The translations under genes and the position numbers were made by a program. From a bacterium (lineage in GTDB: Bacteria; Elusimicrobiota; Elusimicrobia; UBA1565; UBA9628), in the NCBI GenBank assembly GCA_021799485.1, contig JAJZAK010000001.1, forward strand, positions 34,458 to 98,457: a stretch of 64,000 nucleotides of DNA, read 5' to 3'. Shown here in pieces: positions 25,505 to 34,453 of the stretch (position 1 is the first letter of the stretch; the number at the start of each line of letters is the position of its first letter). Below the pieces are notes generated by a model that was not told the DNA's origin, did no database searches, and saw only the letters and a program-made list of their open reading frames with translations.

Positions 25505-26554
25505 TCAATCGACGCCGAAGCCCGGCCACCTGTATTCGAGGCCGCGGACGCTCGCGGAAGACGGGGCCTCGCCCTTGGCGAGACGGGAAAGCAGCCGCAC
25601 GAAACCGTTGTCGCTCCCCTCGTTGATTCCGATAAGATCGAGGATCTGGGAATATTTCTCGGGGATCACATGCGGCTTCCCGGGAATGCCCGCCAGCTGC
25701 CCGGCAAGACGGATGGCCTCCTCGGAGTCGCCCAGCTTGTCGACGAGCCCCACCTTCAAGGCCTGCTGTCCGGTGAAGATGCGGCCGTCGGCCAGAGGCT
25801 TGAGGGCCGGGATCGCGATCTTGCGGCCCAGCGACACGGCTTGCAGGAACTGGCCGTAGGCGTCGTCGATCATGGCCTGCAGGATCCGCCTTTCGCCGGG
25901 AGTCATCGCGCGCGCGGGAGATCCGATGTCCTTATATTTGCCGGACTTGATGGCGACCAGCTTGAAGCCGATCTTGTTGAAGAGCCCCGCGAGGTCGGCC
26001 GCGTCGAAGATGACCCCGATCGAGCCGGTCAAGCTCCCTGGATGCGCGACGATCTTGTCGCAGGCGGAGGCTATATAGTACCCGCCCGAAGCCGCGACGT
26101 CGTCGAACATCGCGATGAAGGGAATTTTTTTCTTGCGGCGGATTCGCATGATTTCGCCGTAAATCTCCTGCACCGCGCCGACCGAGCCGCCGGGCGAGTT
26201 GATGTCGAGGATGATCGCCTTGACTCCCTTCGTCTTGGAAAGAACCTCGATGCGGCGGCGCCAATCGGACGTCCCGCTCTCCCAAAAGCGCCCGCCCTCC
26301 GAGGTGGTGATCACGCCGTGAATCGTCACCCACCCGACGGAGTTGGGCGCGGCCGAAAAGGGAAGGAAGGCCCCTCCCCCGTCTCCGTCGCTCGCCGCGG
26401 GCCGCGAGCGCAGAAGGATCGCGACGGCCGCTATCAGGGAAAATCCGTAGAGGGAAGCGAGAATCCAGAAGGCGCGCCGGAGCGGCGGCGGCATCCCCCG
26501 CTGCCGCGGCGCGGATGTCTCGGTCGGTTGGGTCTGCGGGGGCGTTTCGTCCAT
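25505..26554 (-). CDS. sppA: signal peptide peptidase SppA (S49, 36K type)
   Basis: TM anchor, ILDINSPGGSVGA, AASGGYYIASACDKIVAHP (catalytic Ser region), SIGVI are S49 signatures. Confidence 0.85.
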   Translation of the reverse strand: MDETPPQTQPTETSAPRQRGMPPPLRRAFWILASLYGFSLIAAVAILLRSRPAASDGDGGGAFLPFSAAPNSVGWVTIHGVITTSEGGRFWESGTSDWRRRIEVLSKTKGVKAIILDINSPGGSVGAVQEIYGEIMRIRRKKKIPFIAMFDDVAASGGYYIASACDKIVAHPGSLTGSIGVIFDAADLAGLFNKIGFKLVAIKSGKYKDIGSPARAMTPGERRILQAMIDDAYGQFLQAVSLGRKIAIPALKPLADGRIFTGQQALKVGLVDKLGDSEEAIRLAGQLAGIPGKPHVIPEKYSQILDLIGINEGSDNGFVRLLSRLAKGEAPSSASVRGLEYRWPGFGVD

Positions 26555-26628
26555 GTTCCTCGTCTTTTAAGGCTTTTAACGGCGAGCCATGCGATTATAA
26601 CTTTTTACGGCTCTCGGCGACGCAAGTC

Positions 26629-27909
26629 CTAAATTTTCGCGGCGTCGACCACGCGGTTGCGGCCAGACGACTTGGCGCGGTAAAGCGCGGAGTCGGCCCG
26701 CGCGACGAGATCCTCGGGGGTAGACGCGTCCCGCGGGAAAAAGGCGAGGCCGATCGACGCCGTGACCTCGACGGCATCGAGGCCGACCGCCAGGCGCTCC
26801 GCCTCGATCGTCCGGCGAACCGCCTCCGCTTTGCGCGCGACGCCCTCGGCGTCCGCGCGGGGCAGGATCACCGCGAACTCCTCGCCTCCATAGCGCGCCA
26901 CGTAGTCCGTCTCGTAGAAGGAGCCGTTCAATATTTCGCCGATGCGCTTGAGAACCCGGTCGCCGAAAGGATGGCCGTAGCGGTCGTTAAGTTGCTTGAA
27001 ATGGTCGATATCGAGAATCATGAGCGCGCAGGGGGCTTTGAACGTCCGCGCGCGGGCGACTTCATAGCGGATCCTTTCCTCGAAGTCACCCCTCCGGTGG
27101 ACCCCCGTCAGGCCGTCCAGGCGAGAGAGGTTCTCCACCTCCTGGAATAGTCTGATGCGGCGGAAGGCGAAAGAGACTTCGGAAACGAAGGTTCCCGCCT
27201 TCGAAAGAAGCCCCGCGGGATCTCCGCCTCGCGGGATCCGAGCGTAAAAATACCCCAGCGTCTCCTCTCCTTCGGCGATAGGAAGCCCCATCGCCAGCTC
27301 GGGCTTGCGAAGAACCTGGGGCCGGGCCAAGTCCAATCCCTGCTCTTGAAGGCAGCGAGAGAGAGTGGCCCACGACCCTCCGGGAGACCCCTCCAGGCGC
27401 CGCAGGGACACAAGGCGGGGCAGGCGGCCATCCTCGGAGGCGGCGTAGAGGGCGAACTCCTCGACGCCTAGATACCCGGCGGCGGCGCCCTCCAGCTTGG
27501 GGCGGATTTCAGCCCAGCTCAAGGCTTCCGGAAGGGTCTTGGCGAGGTCATAGAGAACAAGGGTCTCCTTCTCTTCCTGGTCCGTCTTCAGGCCCAGGGC
27601 CTTGGCCTCGGCCAGGGCCGCCTTCGCCTGTTCGACCCTCTCGCCGACGGCGCCGCGCTCGCCGCGCAGGGCCGAGGAGCGGCCCGCGGCGCGCATCACG
27701 CTCGCGAGCGCGGCGGCGGCCAAAAGGGAATCCGCCGTCCCGGCCGCGAGCCCCGACGGGCCGGCGGCGAGAAACGCGGCCGCGAAGGCCGCCCCGGCCG
27801 CGAGCGCGAAACCCAGGACTCCGGCCCAAGGCTTGCGCCCAAGTCCCATGAAGATGATCATCGCCGCGAGAAAGGGCGCGAGCGCCGAGAGCAAGAGGCC
27901 GGCCGTCAT
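26629..27909 (-). CDS. diguanylate cyclase (GGDEF domain) with N-terminal TM/sensor region
   Basis: RLDGLTGVHRRGDFEERI, ILDIDHFKQLNDRYGHPFGD, YVARYGGEEFAVILP (GGEEF active site). Confidence 0.85.
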   Translation of the reverse strand: MTAGLLLSALAPFLAAMIIFMGLGRKPWAGVLGFALAAGAAFAAAFLAAGPSGLAAGTADSLLAAAALASVMRAAGRSSALRGERGAVGERVEQAKAALAEAKALGLKTDQEEKETLVLYDLAKTLPEALSWAEIRPKLEGAAAGYLGVEEFALYAASEDGRLPRLVSLRRLEGSPGGSWATLSRCLQEQGLDLARPQVLRKPELAMGLPIAEGEETLGYFYARIPRGGDPAGLLSKAGTFVSEVSFAFRRIRLFQEVENLSRLDGLTGVHRRGDFEERIRYEVARARTFKAPCALMILDIDHFKQLNDRYGHPFGDRVLKRIGEILNGSFYETDYVARYGGEEFAVILPRADAEGVARKAEAVRRTIEAERLAVGLDAVEVTASIGLAFFPRDASTPEDLVARADSALYRAKSSGRNRVVDAAKI

Positions 27910-29234
27910 CGTCCCTGGGTCCTGTTGCGGCCGGCGTGCTTGGCCCGGTAGAGGCGCTCATCCGCCGCGCGCACGAATTGGCTCTCGATCGCCGCGTCCT
28001 CCGGGAAGACGGCGACGCCGAGGCTCACCGTGACGCGGCTCGCTTCCCCCTTGAAGACAAAGACCTCGCGGGAGATCGCCTGGCGCGCGCTCTCCGCGAG
28101 CGCGTAGGCCTCCGCGTAGGGCAGTTGAGGCAGGAGCAGGCAGAACTCCTCCCCTCCGTACCGCGCCGCCATATCCACGTCCCGAATATGCTTGAAAAGG
28201 ACCGATGACACGCGCTTCAAGAGCTCGTCGCCGGCCTGGTGGCCGTAGCGGTCGTTGTAGGACTTGAAGTGGTCGATGTCGATCATGACGAGGGAAAGCG
28301 GCAAGCGCGTCCGCCCCGCGCGCAGGACCTCCTCATGAAGCCTCTCGTCGAAGGCTTTCCGGCTGTAGAGCTGGGTGAGGGCGTCGTGCACGGCCTGAGA
28401 GCGGATGCGCTCGTAAAGAATGATGTTCTCGAGGCTCAGGCCCGCGAGAGTCGCGAGGAGATCGGCGCCCTTGAGTTCGGGTTCCGAGAAAGCCGCCGGC
28501 TTCGGCGACGAAATCTTGACGTAGCCCGCCGGCTCCCGGCTCACGCGAAGCGGAAGGACCATCGCGGAACGGACGCCCCCCTCCGCGCCGCGCAGGCGCT
28601 CGTCCGCCGCGGCGTCGGAGACGAGGAGGGGCCGCCGGCTCGCGGCCGAAAGGCGCAGGAACGGGTCCGCCCCCTCCTCTCCTTTAAACTCGACCGCGGC
28701 TCCGGGGAAGCGATCGCCCAGAATCTCCCCCAGCTTGCGAAAGACCTCCTCCCGGCTCAAGCTCCGGCCGAGGATCTTCGCGCTCTGGGCCATATCGCGC
28801 CTTAATTGAATGCGCGCGGCGGCCTCCCGATGCCGGCTCCGATAGTAGTCGAGGCCGCGTTCGGCCTCCTTGATTTCCCTTAAATCCGCGTCCGCCTCGG
28901 CGGCGAGCCTGGCCTCCTCGCGCCCGAGAGCCCCCCGCGATTCCGAGAGGGCCCAGCTCAAAATCCAGAGCCCGGCGGTGTCCAGGCCCACCGCGATCGC
29001 CGCCGGCCCTTCCAGGGAGCGCGCGAGGGATATCCCGGCACCTGTCGACAGGACGAGGAACAAAACGACCAGCTCCGACTGCCCCGCGCCGTCGCACCAG
29101 AAAAAAAGAAGCCCATAGGCAGGGAAGACGGCCGCGGCGAGATCGCGGCGAGCGAAGAGAAGCCAGGAGAGGCCCACGAAAAAGAGACCCGCGACGAGGA
29201 AGTTCGCGGCTTTTTTCTGTGGCATGAGCGGCAC
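27906..29234 (-). CDS. diguanylate cyclase (GGDEF domain) with N-terminal TM/sensor region
   Basis: HDALTQLYSRKAFDERL, MIDIDHFKSYNDRYGHQAGD, MAARYGGEEFCLLLP. ATGA overlap with the downstream paralog. Confidence 0.85.
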   Translation of the reverse strand: MPLMPQKKAANFLVAGLFFVGLSWLLFARRDLAAAVFPAYGLLFFWCDGAGQSELVVLFLVLSTGAGISLARSLEGPAAIAVGLDTAGLWILSWALSESRGALGREEARLAAEADADLREIKEAERGLDYYRSRHREAAARIQLRRDMAQSAKILGRSLSREEVFRKLGEILGDRFPGAAVEFKGEEGADPFLRLSAASRRPLLVSDAAADERLRGAEGGVRSAMVLPLRVSREPAGYVKISSPKPAAFSEPELKGADLLATLAGLSLENIILYERIRSQAVHDALTQLYSRKAFDERLHEEVLRAGRTRLPLSLVMIDIDHFKSYNDRYGHQAGDELLKRVSSVLFKHIRDVDMAARYGGEEFCLLLPQLPYAEAYALAESARQAISREVFVFKGEASRVTVSLGVAVFPEDAAIESQFVRAADERLYRAKHAGRNRTQGR

Positions 29235-29241
29235 GTTAAAT

Positions 29242-29600
29242 TGGTGGAGGTGGCGGGAATTGCACCCGCGTCCAAACGCTTCGAACCTCGGTCCCTACAG
29301 GCTTAGCCCGCCGTTCAAGATTCGCCCGGGGAAAGCCGGCGGACGGGTTGCCCCCGAACTATCCGCGGATGGTCTTAAGGGCCGGACGCCGCGGAGCCGC
29401 CCGGACCCAGCATCCTGCTTCATGACGGTCCGGCCCCCTAGCAGGAGTCCGGGCGGACCGTGAGCTTACCGCTGTTTAGGCGGTGGCCCAGGCCAACGAT
29501 GAGTTGGCGTTTGTGTTTTGGCCTGATTTTATCCTGGCTCTGGCCAACCAGGGCCTGCGACCGGGGGCCCGAGAACGCCTGTCGAGCCTAATTCACCCCC
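29242..29600 (-). ncRNA. ssrA: tmRNA (SsrA), about 359 nt
   Basis: Minus-strand RNA 5'-GGGGGUGAAUUAGGCUCGACAGG...GGACGCGGGUGCAAUUCCCGCCACCUCCACCA-3'. 3' tRNA-like end nearly identical to the E. coli tmRNA 3' end (GGACGCGGGUUCAACUCCCGCCAGCUCCACCA). 5' GGGGGUG pairs with CACCUCC including the G3:U wobble. Putative tag ORF ...GCC AAC UCA UCG UUG GCC UGG GCC ACC GCC UAA giving (A)NSSLAWATA. Confidence 0.8.
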
Positions 29601-29605
29601 GTTCA

Positions 29606-29620
29606 TTCATTATATACAAT
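29606..29620 (-). promoter_or_regulatory. putative tmRNA promoter -10 region (TGTATATAAT on minus strand) about 8 nt upstream of ssrA 5' end; same AT-rich block precedes the divergent radical-SAM gene
   Basis: Reverse complement of 29609-29618 reads TGTATATAAT. Only AT-rich block in the 26-bp divergent intergenic region. Confidence 0.4.
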
Positions 29621-29626
29621 CGGCGC

Positions 29627-30868
29627 ATGCCGCCGTCGGTCTCGGCCCGGGAAAAAAGGCTCGACCGTTCCCGGAGCTTCTGCATGGTTCCTTGGGTCCA
29701 CATTAACGTCCGGACCAACGGCCAAGCTTTCCCCTGTTGCAACGCCGACCACAACCTCCCGTTGGGATCGCTCCGGGACTCGGCGCTGGCAGGGATTTGG
29801 AACAGCGAACCCTTGCGCCAGATGCGACTCAACATGCTGTCCGACAAGGACAATTCCCAATGCGCGCGCTGCTACGAACTGGAGAAGTTCAAGTTTCCCA
29901 GTCCCCGCCGCGACCTCAATAAGGCTTTCGCGCATCATTATCCCTTCGTCGAGAAGACGGAGGAAGACGGCTCCCTGCCGCGGATCAATCTTCCTTATCT
30001 GGACATCCGCTTTTCAAACGTCTGCAACTTCAAATGCCGCTATTGCGATCCGCACCAGAGCAGCGCCTGGCACGCGGACCGGGGCCTTCTGGGTTGGGAC
30101 GAGCGCGCTCCCGCCATCCTGACGCCGACCGCGGATCCCGACGACCTGTGGAGGCAGATCGAACCCCATATCCCGCGCCTGGAGGCCATCTATTTTTCCG
30201 GCGGAGAACCGCTCTTAGCGCACGAACACTATCGGATCCTCGACGCCCTGGCCAAGCTGGAAAAATTCGATGTCGCGCTTCGCTACAACACCAACTTTTC
30301 CTTTCCGCCGTTTCCGGGGGCGGATGTGATGGCGCTTTGGAGCCGATTTAAGAGGGTCGATGTCAGCGCGAGCCTCGACGGCATGGGGCGACGGGGCGAA
30401 TACATCCGTAAAAACCAACATTGGGACGATGTCATCCGCAACCGCGAACGAATGATGCAGGTGTGCTCAAAAGTCAAATTCTCCATCGCCCCGACGCTCT
30501 CCGTCATGAACGTCCTCCATCTTCCGGATTTCCACAGGGATTGGCTTGAAAAGGGATACATCGGCCCCGGCGACATTCAGATCGGGATGCTCCGCGATCC
30601 CGAGGAATATCGCATCCAAATCCTGCCGGAACCGCTCAAGAAGAAAGTGGCGGAGGCCTACGAATCCCATATGGGCTATCTCTCAAGCCGCTACGGCGAG
30701 GGGGCCTCCCACGCCCTAGGCCAATTCCAAGCTGCGATCAACCTGCTCGATTCGCAAGATATGACGCATCTCCTGGGCAAATTCAGGGAGCGCACCCGGC
30801 GGATCGACCAAGGAAGAGGAGAGTCCTTCAAGAAAACCTTCCCGGAACTCGCGGAGCTCTCCGTTTGA
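29627..30868 (+). CDS. radical SAM enzyme with additional N- and C-terminal Cys clusters (SPASM/twitch-like)
   Basis: Canonical CxxxCxxC: FSNVCNFKCRYCDP, plus GGEPLL (SAM-binding). N-terminal extra cysteines CMVPW...FPCCNADHN...SQCARCYELE. Start taken at ATG 29627 because the ORF-track start at 29483 would overlap ssrA. Confidence 0.75.
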   Translation: MPPSVSAREKRLDRSRSFCMVPWVHINVRTNGQAFPCCNADHNLPLGSLRDSALAGIWNSEPLRQMRLNMLSDKDNSQCARCYELEKFKFPSPRRDLNKAFAHHYPFVEKTEEDGSLPRINLPYLDIRFSNVCNFKCRYCDPHQSSAWHADRGLLGWDERAPAILTPTADPDDLWRQIEPHIPRLEAIYFSGGEPLLAHEHYRILDALAKLEKFDVALRYNTNFSFPPFPGADVMALWSRFKRVDVSASLDGMGRRGEYIRKNQHWDDVIRNRERMMQVCSKVKFSIAPTLSVMNVLHLPDFHRDWLEKGYIGPGDIQIGMLRDPEEYRIQILPEPLKKKVAEAYESHMGYLSSRYGEGASHALGQFQAAINLLDSQDMTHLLGKFRERTRRIDQGRGESFKKTFPELAELSV

Positions 30869-31455
30869 GACGAATCGCGCTTCTGCTGCTGCCGCTCTCC
30901 GCTCTCGCCGCGCCCGCAGAGCCCCTGGTCGACTTCGCCAAGCTCCACCCGCGCGCCATCCTGGACATACGCTACGCGACGAAGAACAATTTCACGCACG
31001 AGGCGGTCTATCCGGCGGCGAAATGCCTGCTGCGGGAAAGCGCGGCGAAAGCCCTCGCCGCGGCCGCTTCGGATTTCGAGTCGATGGGGCTGAGGCTGGT
31101 CGTCTTTGATTGCTACCGCCCCCTCTCGGTCCAAAAAAAATTCTGGGCCATCCTTCCGGACGAGCGCTACGTGGCGAATCCCGCCGAGGGCTCCAACCAC
31201 AACCGCGGCGCGGCGGTGGACGTGACGCTGGCGGACGTTCAAGGCCGCGAGCTTCCCATGCCGAGCGCCTACGACGATTCCAGCCCGCGATCGCACCGGG
31301 ACTGGAAGGGGTCAAGCCCCGCCGAGCGCAAGAACATGCGTCTCCTCGAGGCCGTCATGCTCCGCCACGGCTTCATCGGCTTGCCGACGGAATGGTGGCA
31401 CTTCGACGCGAAGAATTGCGGAGATTATCCCGTCCTGGACGTGCCGCTGCGATGA
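30865..31455 (+). CDS. D-alanyl-D-alanine dipeptidase-like M15 peptidase (VanX/DdpX family), secreted
   Basis: Signal peptide MRRIALLLLPLSALAAPA. VFDCYRP, SNHNRGAAVDVTL, EWWHFD match the VanX zinc-ligand and catalytic motifs (H-x6-D, E, H). TTG start overlapping rSAM stop. Confidence 0.7.
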   Translation: MRRIALLLLPLSALAAPAEPLVDFAKLHPRAILDIRYATKNNFTHEAVYPAAKCLLRESAAKALAAAASDFESMGLRLVVFDCYRPLSVQKKFWAILPDERYVANPAEGSNHNRGAAVDVTLADVQGRELPMPSAYDDSSPRSHRDWKGSSPAERKNMRLLEAVMLRHGFIGLPTEWWHFDAKNCGDYPVLDVPLR

Positions 31456-31491
31456 ATTCGATGGAACGGAGAAATTGATAAACTTCCCGCC

Positions 31492-32544
31492 ATGAAGCTC
31501 GTCACCTTCGCGGTCGATACGCCCCTAGGGTCCTTTGAGCGGCTGGGAGCCGTGGCCGAAAAGCCGCGATCGTGCATCGTCGATCTCAACGCCGCCTGCG
31601 GCGCCTGGTTCGAGCGCAAGGGCCGATCCCGAGCCGTCGCCGACGCCCTCGTCCCGGCCGACATCCTCCGCTTTCTGGAAAACGGAGAGGAAGCCCTCGA
31701 CGCCGCCAGGGAGTCGGCGCTCTTCGCCGGAAATGAAGACCGCGGCGATGGGGCCAAGCTCATCGATCCGATGGGCCGGCGCGTCCTTTACGCCGAAAAC
31801 GAGATCCGCCTCCTTCCCCCCGTTCCAAGGCCGCCCGCGTTCCGGGATTTCTTCGCGTTCGAGGACCACGCCTTGAAGGGCGCGGCCCGCCGCGGGGAGC
31901 CCCTGTCTCCCGCCTGGTATGACCAGCCCGTCTACTACAAGGGGAATCACCGCGAATTCTACGGGCCCGGCGCGACGGTGCCATGGCCCCGCTATACGCG
32001 AAAGCTCGACTTCGAGGCCGAGATCGCCTGCATCGTGGGCCGGCGAGGACGCGATCTCTCCCCGGAGAAGGCGGAAGGCCACATCGCGGGCTACGCGATC
32101 TTAAACGACTTTTCCGCCCGCGACATCCAGAAAAACGAGATGCTCTGCCGCATGGGGCCCGCGAAGGGAAAGGACTTCGCCAACGCCCTCGGCCCTTGGC
32201 TTGTGACGGCCGACGAGCTAAAAAACCCGGACGAACTCAATATCTCCGTGTGGGTCAACGGCGAGAAGTGGAGCTCGGGCCATTCCAGCGGGCGCTATTG
32301 GAGCTTTCCCACCATGCTCTCGCACGTTTCCCAGGAAGAAACCGTCTACCCCGGCGACATCCTCGGCTCCGGGACTTACGCCGGCGGCTGCGGGCTCGAC
32401 CTGGACCGCTGGATCAAGCCCGGGGACACGATCGAGATCAAGGCTGACAAGCTCGGCGTCCTCAAAAGCGTCGTCGGCGCGCCCCAAGCCGCCGTCCACT
32501 TGAAGTACGCCGGCAAAAATACCGGCGCCCGCGCCGCGGCCTAA
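31492..32544 (+). CDS. fumarylacetoacetate hydrolase (FAH) family protein
   Basis: FEAEIACIVGRRGRDL, GYAILNDFSARDIQ, GSGTYAGGCGLD are FAH-fold motifs. Confidence 0.85.
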   Translation: MKLVTFAVDTPLGSFERLGAVAEKPRSCIVDLNAACGAWFERKGRSRAVADALVPADILRFLENGEEALDAARESALFAGNEDRGDGAKLIDPMGRRVLYAENEIRLLPPVPRPPAFRDFFAFEDHALKGAARRGEPLSPAWYDQPVYYKGNHREFYGPGATVPWPRYTRKLDFEAEIACIVGRRGRDLSPEKAEGHIAGYAILNDFSARDIQKNEMLCRMGPAKGKDFANALGPWLVTADELKNPDELNISVWVNGEKWSSGHSSGRYWSFPTMLSHVSQEETVYPGDILGSGTYAGGCGLDLDRWIKPGDTIEIKADKLGVLKSVVGAPQAAVHLKYAGKNTGARAAA

Positions 32545-32573
32545 TTCATCCAGAAGCATGGTTTTCCTTGTTT

Positions 32574-32582
32574 TGATAGAAT
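32574..32582 (+). promoter_or_regulatory. extended -10 element TGATAGAAT about 10 nt upstream of HGD-like gene ATG
   Basis: Same AT-rich motif as at 20230. Confidence 0.35.
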
Positions 32583-32591
32583 AAATTCGTC

Positions 32592-33824
32592 ATGGCGCTT
32601 ATCGTTAAACAGGGGGAAGTGCCGCGCACCCCGCACACGGAATTCTACGGCCAAGACGGGAGCCTGGCCCTGGAGGAAATCCACGGATCGAAAGGTTTTT
32701 CCGGCGCCTTCTCGCGCAAGATGCATCTTCGCCGCTACCCGACGGTCCAGTCTCGCCCTCCGAAACTCCTCAAATGGTCCCTGGCGCCCAGGCCCGCTTT
32801 GCGCCTCCCTCTCCAGCCTTTTCATCTGAGGACGGGCGCCCTGCCGTACCGCGGCGACTATCCGCGCTCCCGCCGAGTCCTCCTTCACGGCCGCACGACC
32901 GCGATCTCCGTGGCCAAGTTCGACAGGTCCTCCCCGGCGCGGGAGTTCTTCCGCAACGGCGAGGCTCACGAACTCCTCTTCGTCCAAGAGGGGCGCGGCG
33001 TCCTCGAGACGGAGTATGGGGAACTCCCCTTTGAACCGAGGCTCTATCTCGTCGTCCCGAAGGGGACCACCCTGCGCCTCAAGCTCGAGACGCCGCGGGC
33101 CTTCTTTCTCGTGATCGAGTCCTCCTACCCCATCGAGTTCCCCCCCCACTACTTCAACCCGGACGGCCAGGCCACGCTCATGTCCCCCGTAGTCGAGACC
33201 GAAATCGGCCTGCCCAAGCTCCAGAGGCCCCAGGACGTCCGCGGAGACTACGCCGTCCTCGTCAAGCACGGGGGAGGACGCCTCACTCAGATCACGCTCG
33301 GCCACCATCCCTTCGACCTCGTCGGCTGGGAGGGGGCGCTTTATCCCTTCAGCTTCGAATGCTCTCGCCACCATTCGATCGCCCGGGAGATTCACACGGC
33401 TCCACCCGCGCGGCAAACATTCCAGTCGGGCTCCGCTCCCCACAACGGCTTCTCGATCTGCACTTTCCGCGGCCAGATCGAGGGGTGGCATCCCGAGGAT
33501 GTCCCGGCGCCCTACGCGCATTTCAACGCCGACTCCGACGAAATGATGTTTTTCTCCGACACGAGCTACGGCGCCCGGCAAGGCGTCATCGAGCCGGGAT
33601 CGATCACGTTTCATCCGGGGGCGCTCCCCCACAGCCCGCACGGCGACGCCGCGAGGCGCTCCTTCGCGCAGCGCGGCAAGCTGTCCCATTATCTGGCCGT
33701 CATGCTCGACACCTTCTTCGAGCCCCTCGAGATCACGCGGGAAGGCTGGGCCTGCGCGCAGAAGGACTATCCCTTGAGCTGGGCGAAGGCGGAGGGAGCC
33801 TCGGGAGCCGTCCTCTCCGCGTAG
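32592..33824 (+). CDS. homogentisate 1,2-dioxygenase-like cupin protein (putative)
   Basis: About 410 aa with His-containing cupin-like segments (HELLFVQEGRGVLETEYG..., HHPFDLVGWEG, HSPHG). Adjacent to a FAH-family gene as in the homogentisate pathway. Assignment by overall resemblance only. Confidence 0.6.
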   Translation: MALIVKQGEVPRTPHTEFYGQDGSLALEEIHGSKGFSGAFSRKMHLRRYPTVQSRPPKLLKWSLAPRPALRLPLQPFHLRTGALPYRGDYPRSRRVLLHGRTTAISVAKFDRSSPAREFFRNGEAHELLFVQEGRGVLETEYGELPFEPRLYLVVPKGTTLRLKLETPRAFFLVIESSYPIEFPPHYFNPDGQATLMSPVVETEIGLPKLQRPQDVRGDYAVLVKHGGGRLTQITLGHHPFDLVGWEGALYPFSFECSRHHSIAREIHTAPPARQTFQSGSAPHNGFSICTFRGQIEGWHPEDVPAPYAHFNADSDEMMFFSDTSYGARQGVIEPGSITFHPGALPHSPHGDAARRSFAQRGKLSHYLAVMLDTFFEPLEITREGWACAQKDYPLSWAKAEGASGAVLSA

Positions 33825-33847
33825 GCCGGCCGGCGGCGCCATCCATC

Positions 33848-34453
33848 ATGGAATTCGACGTCGAAACCCTCTCCCCGCGCGAGCGCTACGCGCTCCTCAT
33901 CGCAAGCATCCTCCCCCGCCCGATCGCCTGGGTCTCGACGGTCAGCCAAGCGGGCGTCACGAACCTGGCCCCTTTCAGCTTCTTTACGGGGATTACCGGA
34001 AATCCCATGTCCCTGTGCTTCGCTCCCGTGAACTCGCGCGACGGCATCGCCAAGGACACCCTCGTCAACGTCCGCGAGACGGGAGAGTTCGTGGTGAACG
34101 TCGTCACGGAAGACAACGTCGAGAAGGCGAATCTCACGTCGGCGACGTATCCCTATGGCGTCAGCGAATTCGAGAAGGCGGGCCTGACCCCCGTCCCGAG
34201 CGTCCTCGTCAAGCCCCCCCGCGTCAAGGAATCCCCCATTCACATGGAGTGCCGCGTGCTCCAAATCGTCGCCGTGAGCGGCGGCGCTCTCGGCGGAAAC
34301 CTCGTCATCGGGAAAGTCGTCCAATTCCACGCCGAGGACTCGATCCTCCAAGACGGCGCCATCCCGCATGACCGCCTCCGGGCCGTCGGGCGCATGGAGG
34401 GCGCCTGGTATTCGAAGACCCGGGAGGCCTTCGAACTCGCGCGCCCCAAGTGA
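33848..34453 (+). CDS. flavin reductase-like FMN-binding split-barrel protein
   Basis: RERYALLIASILPRPIAWVSTVSQAGVTNLAPFSFF... is the flavin-reductase-like domain signature. The upstream part of the 364-aa ORF-track entry (from 33359) overlaps the previous gene and is discarded. Confidence 0.7.
   Translation: MEFDVETLSPRERYALLIASILPRPIAWVSTVSQAGVTNLAPFSFFTGITGNPMSLCFAPVNSRDGIAKDTLVNVRETGEFVVNVVTEDNVEKANLTSATYPYGVSEFEKAGLTPVPSVLVKPPRVKESPIHMECRVLQIVAVSGGALGGNLVIGKVVQFHAEDSILQDGAIPHDRLRAVGRMEGAWYSKTREAFELARPK

Noticed and set aside
26629-29234. Tandem GGDEF pair as a CBASS/CD-NTase-like defence module
   Set aside because: Both proteins are canonical membrane-sensor GGDEF cyclases with GGEEF sites. 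No effector or cyclase-associated E1/E2/JAB genes are adjacent.
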